DNA of 64,000 nucleotides from Gammaproteobacteria bacterium (GTDB lineage: Bacteria > Pseudomonadota > Gammaproteobacteria > Steroidobacterales > Woeseiaceae), in the NCBI GenBank assembly GCA_029861535.1, contig JAOTZC010000006.1, positions 877 through 64,876 on the forward strand. The letters are read 5' to 3'. Below the pieces are notes generated by a model. The model made no database searches. It saw nothing but the letters and a program-made list of their open reading frames with translations, and was not told the origin of the DNA. Below, piece by piece: positions 54,728 to 64,000 of the stretch. Position 1 is the stretch's first letter. Each line of letters begins with the position of its first letter. The position numbers and the translations under genes are program-made.

Positions 54728-56529
54728 ATCATTGTGTGGCTCTCAAATTGCGCAGCCTCCGCAAGACGCCGCTGCCGGCGAGCAATAGCAACTGCGATCA
54801 GGCCAAGAATCAACAGTGCCGCCAAACCCGGATATTTGATCGTGTATACGATCGGTATCAGCATTCCTCGTACGATGGCACGCAACCAGTCACGGTCCGC
54901 CATAAGATCCGCCAATGGTGGTGAATGAAGGTAATAAAAGCGCACTAGGGCACGGCCGGGGCGGTTGGTCACCATGAAGCGGTCGCGAAAATCCCGTAGG
55001 CTGTCGAGATGTGGATGCAGAGGAGAGCCATAGGCTGCTGTAGCAACAAAGCAGCCACCACCACCGGAGAACGGGGTAGGAATATCCGGGAAGTCAGGTT
55101 CCACGCAACTGGAGAAGCCTCCTGCCGAGCCGCTAGCGCTTGGATTGTTGTTCGACGGATAGTATTCCGAATCGCTCGTTATTGCGCCCACAGAAATAGT
55201 CTGTGTCAAGGAGTTGTGACTTTGATAAAGATCCGACGTCACATCTATCGTTACCGTTTCTCCTACTGCGATCCCGGTGATGTTGCATTGGGCGGCAGGA
55301 GCGTTGCTGCAGTCGGCATCATCGAAGCGTAAATTTGGGCCGACGACTGGATTTTGCGTAATCGTCACGACGACGTTTCGGGCCGCGTCGGGTCCATGGT
55401 TGGTAATTTCAGCGTCACCTTGATATCGATCCTCTGAATTACAGGACGGGAAAATCGGATGCGAATCACTAGAGATTCCGAAATTCACCTCAAGATCTAC
55501 ACAGTGGACGATGTCGTTCTGGTGGATGACAGCGAGTGCCACATCGTTGGCATTATTGAGATCTCTTGGATGGCTTGCCACTGCGGAATTTACAACACAG
55601 GCAGCCGCTTGAAGATCGGTCACAACCGCCGGCACAACGAGAACCGCTTCGACGCCCACGTCCAAATCGCCGATAGCCCATTCTCCAGTGGCTGGGTCGT
55701 AGCTGCCAACACTTGTAAATGGGGCCGTGCCGGACGGGATACTCATCTCCACCGGCAGTTGATCGACAACTATTAAGTCTGAAGCCGTACCAATTCCAAC
55801 ATTGCTTACCTCTACGGTAAACTCGACGGGCTCATTCGCCATCGGATAAAGGTTATTAACTGATTTTTGAACATTGACATCAGGAACAGCGCCAGATACC
55901 ACGGAGAAGGAAAATGCCGTGATTTCAACATCTGCGTTCTCATTCGACGTCCTGTCACCGAAGGAGATGAAATTCTCTCCACTTTGGATAAAGCTATTTC
56001 CGGATGTCAATAAAAGTCCGTCCACAAAAAATTCGTAATCGCCGCCAGGAAGATATTCCCATACAAAGTCATGGAAAACCGTCGTATCCAAATTGAAGCT
56101 TTGGCCATTGACGATTACAGCGTTGTCGGTCATTCCGAGTCGAAGAATCGCCGCAAGGTCATAGATTTGAAAGTAAAAGCTCCAACCAAGGTTCCCCCCG
56201 GTTAGTATCTCGTGGCTAAGAACTCGCGAAGTAAAAGACAGCGTCATTGGTTCGCTGGAATTTACGATATTGTCCATTCGGTAACTCGCAGTAGCGCTAC
56301 CCGAACCGACGGTTGTTTGTAACAGGCTGGAACCATCCACGATATACGTTTCTTGTTCCATCAAGGGGCTTCCGCGATACGTCCAACCCTGATTGCTTGG
56401 AAGTGAGTTGAAGTCAAGCGTGAACGTTTCTGCCCGTACTTCCGTTACTAATCCCAGAAAGACAACTGAGAACGCAAGGATAGAGATCCAAATTACTTTC
56501 AGGGAAATGCGTCCAGTGATCATATTCAT
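54712..56529 (-). CDS. secreted repeat protein with DUF11-like Ig domain and C-terminal CFVATAAYGS...TM anchor domain
   Basis: Start moved to ATG 56529 (MNMITGRISLKVIWISILAFSVVFLGLVTEVRA), with AGGAG upstream. The mid-region reads VQKSVNNLYPMANEPVEFTVEVSNVG. The C-terminus reads GGGGCFVATAAYGSPLHPHLDSLRDFRDRF...TM...RRQRR. Confidence 0.85.
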   Translation of the reverse strand: MNMITGRISLKVIWISILAFSVVFLGLVTEVRAETFTLDFNSLPSNQGWTYRGSPLMEQETYIVDGSSLLQTTVGSGSATASYRMDNIVNSSEPMTLSFTSRVLSHEILTGGNLGWSFYFQIYDLAAILRLGMTDNAVIVNGQSFNLDTTVFHDFVWEYLPGGDYEFFVDGLLLTSGNSFIQSGENFISFGDRTSNENADVEITAFSFSVVSGAVPDVNVQKSVNNLYPMANEPVEFTVEVSNVGIGTASDLIVVDQLPVEMSIPSGTAPFTSVGSYDPATGEWAIGDLDVGVEAVLVVPAVVTDLQAAACVVNSAVASHPRDLNNANDVALAVIHQNDIVHCVDLEVNFGISSDSHPIFPSCNSEDRYQGDAEITNHGPDAARNVVVTITQNPVVGPNLRFDDADCSNAPAAQCNITGIAVGETVTIDVTSDLYQSHNSLTQTISVGAITSDSEYYPSNNNPSASGSAGGFSSCVEPDFPDIPTPFSGGGGCFVATAAYGSPLHPHLDSLRDFRDRFMVTNRPGRALVRFYYLHSPPLADLMADRDWLRAIVRGMLIPIVYTIKYPGLAALLILGLIAVAIARRQRRLAEAAQFESHTMIASGR

Positions 56530-56780
56530 GGTTAATCTCCTGCATCGCCAAATAGTGGCAGCCCTGCGATCTCGGAGACTTTCGTGGCATAGGAATGTCG
56601 CTGAGGAAGCGAGGATCCGTTGCTTTGGCATCCCTGACTATTGCCAAGTTTGCCTTTGTCATCCTCCAGATATTCCCATGCGGGAAGATGTGGTCAATCC
56701 TGGGATGTACTTAGCAGCAATGTCCGCTTTCACCCGAAGCGGTCATTCAGACACCATTGAAATCACGAAATTGACAGCCG

Positions 56781-56797
56781 GCTAACGGCCAGAAGCG
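56781..56797. repeat. 17-bp direct repeat GCTAACGGCCAGAAGCG, copy 2
   Basis: Identical to 54711-54727, 17-33 nt downstream of the stop of the acyltransferase gene (56816-56814). Confidence 0.9.
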
Positions 56798-56813
56798 GCC
56801 TGTCACCTAGCCA

Positions 56814-57596
56814 TTACGCCGCGACCTCGTGAAAGATCTGATGAACTCTTTCTTGAACGGCGCCAATAAGGGCGTCATCACTATTAAAGTCTTTGCGATA
56901 AAGTGGCTTACTAACAATCATCGTAAAATGGCCGCCTGACTTAAACATCACCGCATCACGAGGAAGATATTCGTGCGTGCCGGTGATGGTGACTGGTACG
57001 ATCGGCCAGTCGTATTTGCAAAAGAGCGCTAGGCCACCCCGCTTGAACTTCCTGGGCTGACCGTCCGCAGAGCGCGTACCCTCCGGAAATATCAAAATGG
57101 GGGTTGGATCACTGTCGGTAATGCCCTGCTCGATCTTGGCGAACGCCGCTTTGCTGCCACCGCGATCGATTAGGATGCCTCGTTTTGCCGCATAGGATCC
57201 GAGCGCCGGAATGTGGGTCAGCTCCTTTTTGGCAATGAAGCGCAGGTGTGTGGGAAAGTACGCGAGTAACAGCGGCCAGTCGAGGTAGCTGGCGTGGTTG
57301 GCTGCCACAACGTAGTTGCCTTCCAGCCCGTCAAGGTGTTCGAGCCCTTTCACCTCGACTTCGTGCCCCATGTAAGCGAGCAAGGCGCGACCATAGAGAC
57401 TTGAGGTGCGGTACTCCAACCAGCCCTCTTTATCAATCCAACCACCAACCAAAGCGCAAAACCGGTACTTGTAGCTGATAAGCAACATTCGGAACACGTG
57501 CCACGGCAACTTGAGCAGATTGCCGAGACTTTTCTTTCGCAATTGTTCCACCGACACGTCCGCCAAATCTATCTCCGTGTGCGAGGTGTCTGCCAA
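56814..57596 (-). CDS. 1-acyl-sn-glycerol-3-phosphate acyltransferase family protein (PlsC-like)
   Basis: 260 aa with the acyltransferase motifs NHASYLD (HxxxxD) and FPEGTRS. Confidence 0.9.
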   Translation of the reverse strand: MADTSHTEIDLADVSVEQLRKKSLGNLLKLPWHVFRMLLISYKYRFCALVGGWIDKEGWLEYRTSSLYGRALLAYMGHEVEVKGLEHLDGLEGNYVVAANHASYLDWPLLLAYFPTHLRFIAKKELTHIPALGSYAAKRGILIDRGGSKAAFAKIEQGITDSDPTPILIFPEGTRSADGQPRKFKRGGLALFCKYDWPIVPVTITGTHEYLPRDAVMFKSGGHFTMIVSKPLYRKDFNSDDALIGAVQERVHQIFHEVAA

Positions 57597-57789
57597 TATA
57601 GGTAGAGCATTGAACCGGGCTCACTCTGTTGATGCGCAATATAATAGCGTATGGAGGAAACGGTCCTTAAGAGTAGTACTGAGGAATGATTTTCATTGCA
57701 TTTTCGGCGGTGGTCATATTCAGAATCTCAAAAAGATCGATTGGCGGTAACAACCGTAATAAAACGCCAGATATTCGACACTGCCAACC

Positions 57790-58602
57790 TCAGACCGGTG
57801 CCGAAATCTCCCACACACGCGCCTCCCAGAAATACCGTGAACCTTTTGGCGATATTGATATGGTGCCGGCGCCGACAAGATTGGCAACCACCTCGCTTTC
57901 AGCAAGATTGGTGGGTAATGGGATGCGCCGTTCATTGAGGATGCGAACTCGTTTGTAAAGTGAACGTGCAGTATCCAGAATTGCAGCCTCATCCTGCAGA
58001 GTACCGGTTGGCAGAAGAAGCCGACCTCGCCTGGATAGGCGACTGGCAGCATTCTGCAACATTCGGATCGGAAGTTCACTTCCGCTTACGCCACCACCCC
58101 TACCTAAGGGAAACCATCCACTGCTGTCGGCAAGGGCATCCGGTATGCCAGACACGTCACCGATAATAACGTCGAATTGGATATCATCCGAAAACGGGCC
58201 AAACAAATCGCCGTTGTAGAACATGATTTGATCAGCGACTCTATTCAATTGGGCGTTGTGGGTCCCAACCTCGACCACGTCAGGACTCTTGTCAACTGCA
58301 GCGATGGATTTGGCGCCGAGTTTGGCAGCAATGATAGATAGGATCCCCGCACCGCACCCGACGTCGATAATCGAGTCGCCTTTCTGTATGTCCAACTCGT
58401 TCGCTATAAGGGCCGAGACCGTCGACGGTGTAAATGTCGCATTAGAGATCGAAAGCATGATTGGCCCGAGACGGCCATTCCAAATGAAATATTTCTCGTC
58501 CATATATCGCCCCATGATGCCGGGCCAGTGATAGTCCACCGTCAAGGATTTTGAAACCAGCGCGCACTGGCCCTCTATAGTCCAGCTCGACAAGAGCGGC
58601 AA
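57790..58602 (-). CDS. class I SAM-dependent methyltransferase
   Basis: 270 aa with a TTG start. SAM motif I is IIDVGCGAGILSIIAAKLGA, followed by acidic AAVDKS. Confidence 0.7.
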   Translation of the reverse strand: MPLLSSWTIEGQCALVSKSLTVDYHWPGIMGRYMDEKYFIWNGRLGPIMLSISNATFTPSTVSALIANELDIQKGDSIIDVGCGAGILSIIAAKLGAKSIAAVDKSPDVVEVGTHNAQLNRVADQIMFYNGDLFGPFSDDIQFDVIIGDVSGIPDALADSSGWFPLGRGGGVSGSELPIRMLQNAASRLSRRGRLLLPTGTLQDEAAILDTARSLYKRVRILNERRIPLPTNLAESEVVANLVGAGTISISPKGSRYFWEARVWEISAPV

Positions 58603-58788
58603 TAGCGGTTAACCGCAGGAACAACGAAAGTCTGTTTTGGGTCATTTCCGACCCTTCAATATCCTATCAGCTGAACGACCGCTATCGGGAGTAATGGAGA
58701 CGTTCGATCAATCAGAAAAATGCCTTCGCGACGGGCAGCTTTCGGACAAGAGCCGGCGCTCTCTGTAGGATTGTCCCAATCTGGTGAT

Positions 58789-59436
58789 TTAGCGAACGAT
58801 CAATCTATCTTTCGACAATTGAGTGACGATCGCCGCTGCCTCATCCTCATAGATTGAATAGTCCCTTAGGTGATCATAGTCCCGACCGAACTTGGACTTT
58901 GACTCGATCGCCCAAACGACGTCTTTGGAGAGCGCCGAGTAAACTTGCGTCGCCAACACCAACGAAAATTCGTAATTCGTAGCCTGTGGTTCTACATACT
59001 CCTCCAATTCGACACTCCAAACATTGTAGTAATAGGTCGGCCTGAAATTGTAGGTGGCCTGGGGCCTCCTATCCTTTTTCTTGGCTTCAATGTCGAGATT
59101 CACCAACTGCGTAACCAACACTGCGTCGGCACCAGTCGCCTCCACCATTGCCAAAAAGGTCTCTCGCGTTGCCGGTGTCTTGCTATCCATCATGGACGTA
59201 CTGGCGACTGCCTGAGCGCCACGTTCGGATATCCTCTTCACTACTTCTTTCTCGAGGTAACGACGCGAGTCAAACGACGAGGCCAGACATATCACCAAAA
59301 CATTTTTGTACGGCGCATCAGTAGGCTCCGATAGTGTCGGAGTTCTAGATACCTGTGGCGGTGCGGAGCAGGCTCCGAAAAAAACGGCAATGCAGACAAT
59401 CGGCACAGCCTTTCGATAGAAAGTCTTAAACCTCAT
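58789..59436 (-). CDS. lipoprotein, function unknown
   Basis: Start moved to ATG 59436 (MRFKTFYRKAVPIVCIAVFFGACS, lipobox FGAC), with AAGGGA upstream. Confidence 0.65.
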   Translation of the reverse strand: MRFKTFYRKAVPIVCIAVFFGACSAPPQVSRTPTLSEPTDAPYKNVLVICLASSFDSRRYLEKEVVKRISERGAQAVASTSMMDSKTPATRETFLAMVEATGADAVLVTQLVNLDIEAKKKDRRPQATYNFRPTYYYNVWSVELEEYVEPQATNYEFSLVLATQVYSALSKDVVWAIESKSKFGRDYDHLRDYSIYEDEAAAIVTQLSKDRLIVR

Positions 59437-59473
59437 CACGAATCCCTTTGTTTTGACCAATTCTGCGACAAAA

Positions 59474-59490
59474 TGTAACGGCCATGAGCG
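59474..59490. repeat. degenerate third copy of the 17-bp motif (TGTAACGGCCATGAGCG, 13/17)
   Basis: It sits 18-34 nt downstream of the stop of the cytochrome-like gene. That is the same placement relative to a minus-strand stop as copy 2. Confidence 0.4.
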
Positions 59491-59507
59491 AACACCTCAA
59501 TTATCGA

Positions 59508-60005
59508 CTAGTGGTGGTGAATCTCCAGCTCATTTGATAAAAACCCAGGAAAACGAGTTTTCGCGAACGCCGCATGGCACACGGTACAGCTTTCTACTAA
59601 TCGGTAGTACTGAAAAGCGACGATCTCAGGGTCGCGTGCGGCAGCCGCCAAGCCGAGCTTTTCTGCTCGTGCATGGAATTCCATGTCGAGTTTCTTGAAG
59701 TGTTCGGGCAATTGCTCTTCCAATTCTCGTCGCTGAGAGGCCGAGAGCTTTCTTTCCATCACGTAGCTGGCACGAATTTTCTCGCTAATATGCTCTATAG
59801 ACTTCCAGTCTCCCGTCGCCAGAGACAGAACCACAGCTTGACTCGCAGTCGCGATTTCCTGCATTTCTTCACGAAGCAGAGCACGAAGATCTTCGGACAA
59901 ATGAAGTTCTTCGGACAGAACCGCTGGCTCTTGCGCATATGTCGATATCCAGCCGATAGACAAAATTGCCATTACAACTATTATTATCTTTTTGCTATTG
60001 AACAT
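59508..60005 (-). CDS. periplasmic class II cytochrome c (cytochrome c'-like) candidate
   Basis: Start moved to ATG 60005 (MFNSKKIIIVVMAILSIGWISTYAQ). The body is helical, with a single C-terminal CxxCH (ESCTVCHAAF). The protein ends ...ELEIHHH. Confidence 0.6.
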   Translation of the reverse strand: MFNSKKIIIVVMAILSIGWISTYAQEPAVLSEELHLSEDLRALLREEMQEIATASQAVVLSLATGDWKSIEHISEKIRASYVMERKLSASQRRELEEQLPEHFKKLDMEFHARAEKLGLAAAARDPEIVAFQYYRLVESCTVCHAAFAKTRFPGFLSNELEIHHH

Positions 60006-60382
60006 AATTCCAAATCTCCAATTAATGAGCGATGCAAGCTTGGAAATTATTAGACAGATATGTTTCATGATTAGAGTGAGATCCTTGGGTATCGAGAAAT
60101 CCGATTTTGGTCGAAATCGGACACGAGTTATAGAGTAAGTCGGGACCATCCCGTTGTCCGAGTCCGGCAATAAGCAGACAAGTCGGCGCGGTTTCCCATC
60201 CTCTGGCCGCAAACGTGCTTCGCGACAATCACTGCCCCTAAGTACCAATGCCTATATCGGATCGCTGAATTGCTCCTAAAATTAAGCCGCACGGGACTTT
60301 TCGGGGCGGCGTGATCGTCAACCCCTCGCGTCGCCTCTCTGTAGGAAAGCCATCCTGCGTTTCACAGACAGGAGGTGACACC

Positions 60383-60922
60383 ATGAAACTTAACTCAATT
60401 GGCAGACTGTTCATATTCGGAGTCTGTCTGCTCTTCGCATCCTTTACCCACGCTCAGACGCCGAACGACGATGGATTTGCGTTCGGCTTTGGCCACAGAG
60501 TAGCTGGCAGCTACTTGATCGAAAACCTGGCCATTCCAGAGGCCGGGTTGGACTCGTTGCAAGCGCTCGCAAGCATGACGTCAGACGGCGTCGTGATCGT
60601 GACAGATACTGACGACTTCGGTCTCGCGGCAACGGCACCCCACAGCCCGAAGCTCGGCGCGTGGAAGCCGACCGGCCATCGTGACATCGCAATCACGATC
60701 ATCGAATTTGCGTACGAACCCATAATGGGCGAGCATATCTTTACGTGGAGGCTCGAAATGGCGGGTCAATTCGCGGATCGCAGTTTCAATGCCGGCACTG
60801 GAACGCTGGTGGCGAAGCTCTTCCCTCCGGTGACATTTGGCGGGTTTGATCCCTTGGATCCAAACTCGGCTCCACTGCTGGAGATAGGAGGTACGTTCGA
60901 CTTCCGACGCATCAAGCCCTAG
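60383..60922 (+). CDS. small secreted protein, unknown family (paralog of 32961-33428)
   Basis: ATG 60383 is preceded by GGAGGTG. Signal peptide MKLNSIGRLFIFGVCLLFASFTHAQ. Confidence 0.7.
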   Translation: MKLNSIGRLFIFGVCLLFASFTHAQTPNDDGFAFGFGHRVAGSYLIENLAIPEAGLDSLQALASMTSDGVVIVTDTDDFGLAATAPHSPKLGAWKPTGHRDIAITIIEFAYEPIMGEHIFTWRLEMAGQFADRSFNAGTGTLVAKLFPPVTFGGFDPLDPNSAPLLEIGGTFDFRRIKP

Positions 60923-61146
60923 CGTGCCAATAATCGCGTGGCTTCTGGGCTACTTGATCCGTTTGGTGAAGAGCATGAAGAAATGGGGCGCCGACAATGC
61001 GCGCGCCTAGGTAATCTATACGACGCTGTTACCGTAGATCAGAAAATATCTTACTTCAAGAGTTGGCATTCACGTCCGCTTCCGGGAGAAAACGGACATT
61101 TTTTGCAGTCATTCTACTTTCTCGCGATCGAATGCGTGGTTTGTAA

Positions 61147-63177
61147 TCACTCGCGGTAGCGTTCGAACCACGCAAGAATATTCGCCGCTTTTGCAATGAG
61201 ATGCGACGGCCGACCCACCAAGTTGTGCGAGCGCTCCGGCACTCGCACCAATGCCGTATCGATGCCACGCAACTTCAATGCCTGGTAGAACTGCTCAGAT
61301 TCGGCAATCGGCGTTCGAAAATCCTGCTCACCCGTCATTAACATAGTCGGTGTTGCGACGTTGCCAACCAGTGACAGCGGCGAACGCGCCCAGTACGCAT
61401 CGGGATCCTCCCACGGCGGTTCCGCAAACCAGTAACGCGTAAAGAACGCGGAACCGTCCGATGTCAGCACGAAGCTGCCCCAGTTAATAACCGGCTTTTG
61501 CACCACGGCCGCGCGGAAGCGGTCCGTTTTGCCAACGATCCACGACGACAACACACCGCCGCCGGAACCGCCGGTGACGAACAGCGCGTCTTCGTCAACA
61601 AAGTCTTTCGCAACAACAGCGTCGACGCCCGCCATCAGGTCATCGTAATCCTGGCTTGGGTAGTTGTGATGAATTTCGTTCGCAAATTCCTTGCCATAGC
61701 TCGACGATCCGCGTGGATTGCTATACAGCACGACATAGCCTGCGGCCGCGTATAACTGAATCTCCGGTGAAAAATGCGGTCCATAGGCTGCGAATGGTCC
61801 GCCATGAATTTCCAATATAAACGGATACTTTTTGTCGGCGTCGAAATTCGGTGGCTTCACTAGCCAGCCTTGGATATCGTAATCGCCAATCGAGCTCTGC
61901 CACACGATCTCCTCGACCGATGCCGCTGTGCGCTTCGCGAACAAGTCACCGTTAAGGTCTGTCAGCGTTCTCGCTTTGGAGCCCCGACGTACGACACCGA
62001 CATCAGCCGGGCGCAGTGCACTGCCTCTTGTATAGGCCAAGGTGCCGTTCGTCGACGTTGAAAACGCGCCGGTCGTGTACGGACGGCCATGATTGGCGCT
62101 GCCAACGTCATCGACAATGTCGTCAAGCGCTCCATTCACGGACAGCTGTGAAATTTTTGTGGCGCCACGATCATCATAGGCAATGAATAGCCGGCTCGAT
62201 CCTCCGGCCCACGCCAGCTGGTCAATCGAACGATCGAGTTCGTCCGTCAGACTACGGCTGACGCCCGATGCAATATCCAGCAGATAAACACGGGCATTGT
62301 GATAACTCAATGATTCATCATCGAAGCCCAGGTAGGCAATGCGTTTGCCGTCCGGTGAATATTGCGGCGAGAAATCCGGACCGTTGCGGTCGGTCAGTTG
62401 CGTCAAATCGCCCGACTCGACGTCGACGCTCCAAAGCTCTGCTTCGAGGGGATCGTCGATTGGATTGTCGACGCGGTTGGCCGCGAACACGATATTCGCG
62501 CCATCAGGCGACCAACTCAGTGGGCCATTGTGGTTGTAGTCACCGTCCGTCAAACGCCGCGGCGTTCCGCCGTCGGCCGGAATGACGAAAACATGCGAAT
62601 AACCTGTATCGAGGTAACCGGCTCCGTCGGCACGATACGGCAACTGATCGATAATGATGACGGGCGCAGCCCATTCGGCACCTTCCGGTTTCGACGGTGG
62701 CGTAGCAAGTTCGAGGCCGGCGCTATCAACGAACATTTCAAACGCGATAGTGTTGCCATCGGGCGACCAGGTGATTGAGCTCGGATTGTTCGGCAAGTTG
62801 GTTAACAACGCGGTCTGGCCCGTGTCCATCCAACGAACGTGCAGCTCAGCGCCCCGGTCCCCCGCTCCACTGACGTACAGCAGTCGATCGCCGGACGGTG
62901 ACCATCGCGGGCTCGAAAAGCTCGACGTACCCGACAACACCGGCCGATGATTACGCCCGTTGGCATCGACGATCCAAAGATTTTGCACCGCCTGGTCCGA
63001 CATGATGTCCATTGACTGACGCACGTACACGATCTGCGAGCCATCGGGGGACATTTGCGGGTCGAGCGCATACTCGAGCTCAAAAATGTCGAGCTCCTGC
63101 AATACACGGTCGTTATCCTCTGCCACCACGCTCGTGCTGATCACCAGCAGCGCCATTGTCCACAGTTTCTTATTCAC
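61147..63177 (-). CDS. S9 family serine peptidase (prolyl oligopeptidase / acylaminoacyl-peptidase type) with TolB-like propeller
   Basis: N-terminal propeller repeats (SPDGS.., WSPSGD.., WSPDGN..). The C-terminal hydrolase domain has the GGSGGG nucleophile elbow. Start chosen at GTG 63177 (VNKKLWTMALLVISTSVVA signal); the track extends to 63246 and would overlap the upstream gene. Confidence 0.9.
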   Translation of the reverse strand: MNKKLWTMALLVISTSVVAEDNDRVLQELDIFELEYALDPQMSPDGSQIVYVRQSMDIMSDQAVQNLWIVDANGRNHRPVLSGTSSFSSPRWSPSGDRLLYVSGAGDRGAELHVRWMDTGQTALLTNLPNNPSSITWSPDGNTIAFEMFVDSAGLELATPPSKPEGAEWAAPVIIIDQLPYRADGAGYLDTGYSHVFVIPADGGTPRRLTDGDYNHNGPLSWSPDGANIVFAANRVDNPIDDPLEAELWSVDVESGDLTQLTDRNGPDFSPQYSPDGKRIAYLGFDDESLSYHNARVYLLDIASGVSRSLTDELDRSIDQLAWAGGSSRLFIAYDDRGATKISQLSVNGALDDIVDDVGSANHGRPYTTGAFSTSTNGTLAYTRGSALRPADVGVVRRGSKARTLTDLNGDLFAKRTAASVEEIVWQSSIGDYDIQGWLVKPPNFDADKKYPFILEIHGGPFAAYGPHFSPEIQLYAAAGYVVLYSNPRGSSSYGKEFANEIHHNYPSQDYDDLMAGVDAVVAKDFVDEDALFVTGGSGGGVLSSWIVGKTDRFRAAVVQKPVINWGSFVLTSDGSAFFTRYWFAEPPWEDPDAYWARSPLSLVGNVATPTMLMTGEQDFRTPIAESEQFYQALKLRGIDTALVRVPERSHNLVGRPSHLIAKAANILAWFERYRE

Positions 63178-63218
63178 GATGTATTTCCCAATCTTGTTAT
63201 TCTTTCTGATACCGCCAA

Positions 63219-63974
63219 TTATGAGCGCGATGCGCGCCATAGCCAATAGAGCGCTTCGTATAGATGTACCTGTTCGACGAGCTGCGCCTGCCAGCGGGCG
63301 CCGTCGCCGTTAAAATACGCATCTAGCAGCGTGTTCGTCTGTTTCCGGGATAGTCCATAATGCGAAACGATCGTCGCGAGGTCGAATAGCGGATCGTTGT
63401 CACAGGCGTATTCCCAATCCAGAAGACGCAAGCCGTCAACATCGAGAATATTCTCGACAACGAGGTCATTGTGGCAAAACGTCAAGTCCCTAGGCAGCTG
63501 CACCGACTCGATGATCCCGAGACATCGATCCGCGATCACCGGATCGGCATCGCCGATGTTTTTTATATATTGCCTGGCCGCTCCCGGCGCGTCGAATTGC
63601 CGCCCGGTCAACGGTAATGAATGAACTCGCTGGAGTAAACGCGCAAGCTCGATCAGTCTGCGTTCGTCGGCGACCTGTCGCATATTCCAGATATCGCCGT
63701 CGACGTATTCCGTCAAATAGACCGTTTCGTTGGCGAACAAAACATGATTGGCGAGATTCTGCTCGGCCGCTATTCGTTGGATTCGGGCCTCTTCGTGGCG
63801 ATCGTTAAAAGGCGTGCCACGGGGCTGCGCATCGACTTTCAAAACGGCGCGCCGACCATCGGCTTCGACGAGCCAGGTCCAATTCGTCTGGCCGCCATCA
63901 AGCCTCGACCAAGTTGCGTGTTCCCAGCCTGGAATCTGTTGCAGCGCCGCCTGTGGCGAATTCTCGTCGGTCAT
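63219..63974 (-). CDS. phosphotransferase family protein (choline/ethanolamine/thiamine kinase-like, APH fold)
   Basis: 251 aa with the catalytic loop FCHNDLVVENIL and the metal-binding segment LLDWEYA. Confidence 0.8.
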   Translation of the reverse strand: MTDENSPQAALQQIPGWEHATWSRLDGGQTNWTWLVEADGRRAVLKVDAQPRGTPFNDRHEEARIQRIAAEQNLANHVLFANETVYLTEYVDGDIWNMRQVADERRLIELARLLQRVHSLPLTGRQFDAPGAARQYIKNIGDADPVIADRCLGIIESVQLPRDLTFCHNDLVVENILDVDGLRLLDWEYACDNDPLFDLATIVSHYGLSRKQTNTLLDAYFNGDGARWQAQLVEQVHLYEALYWLWRASRS

Positions 63975-64000
63975 TACGTTATCTGCGTCATCGAGCGTCG

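Noticed and set aside
56530-56700. Second c-di-GMP-I riboswitch upstream of the other DUF11-like protein gene. The minus strand contains CAAAGGCAAAC, a hairpin, then GAUGCCAAAGCAAC and another hairpin.
   Set aside because: The junction strand deviates (AUGCCAAAGCA instead of ACGCAAAGCC). The first hairpin has no GNRA loop and only 3 Watson-Crick pairs. There is no GGGUUACCG-type 3' strand. This is too weak without a covariance-model score, though cmsearch would settle it quickly.
61094-61120. Possible decayed third copy of the GGGGACATTCT palindrome family (GGACATT...CATTCTACTTT) between convergent genes.
   Set aside because: Only about 7 + 11 nt resemble the family, the two pieces are interrupted, and no complementary arm is present. 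It cannot be distinguished from chance by eye.

Overview
This 64-kb window looks like chromosomal DNA from a marine or aquatic Gammaproteobacterium. That is inferred from gene content: two TonB-dependent receptors, a TPR-sulfotransferase, a PQQ quinohemoprotein dehydrogenase, an NSS transporter and an RND pump. GC is roughly 55-58% by hand counts, lower near 53-61 kb. I support about 49 protein-coding genes, one RND pseudogene fragment and one truncated gene at the left edge. I found no rRNA, tRNA, CRISPR array, transposase or integrase.

Main observations:
1. A c-di-GMP-I (GEMM) riboswitch aptamer lies at 22543-22619 (+). It sits inside an unusually long 0.66-kb non-coding region, directly upstream of a small secreted protein. 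Downstream on the same strand are a Cys-rich Ig-like-repeat surface protein, a tandem-DsbA oxidoreductase and a 743-aa unknown protein. About 350 nt upstream there is a partial duplicate of the aptamer's 3' half.
2. Two homologous long palindromes with GGGGACATTCT...AGAATGTCCCC termini (13914-13975 and 18460-18509) bracket a module of Asp/Asn beta-hydroxylase, TonB-dependent receptor and a 307-aa unknown protein. A TPR-sulfotransferase gene follows.
3. Perfect 17-bp direct repeats bracket a 2.07-kb segment encoding a secreted repeat protein with a CFVATAAYGS-type C-terminal anchor domain.
4. A peptide-type ABC system has its binding-protein gene on the opposite strand, translationally coupled to a methyltransferase and downstream of a TonB-dependent receptor.

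All functional calls come from motif recognition by eye. No database search was run.
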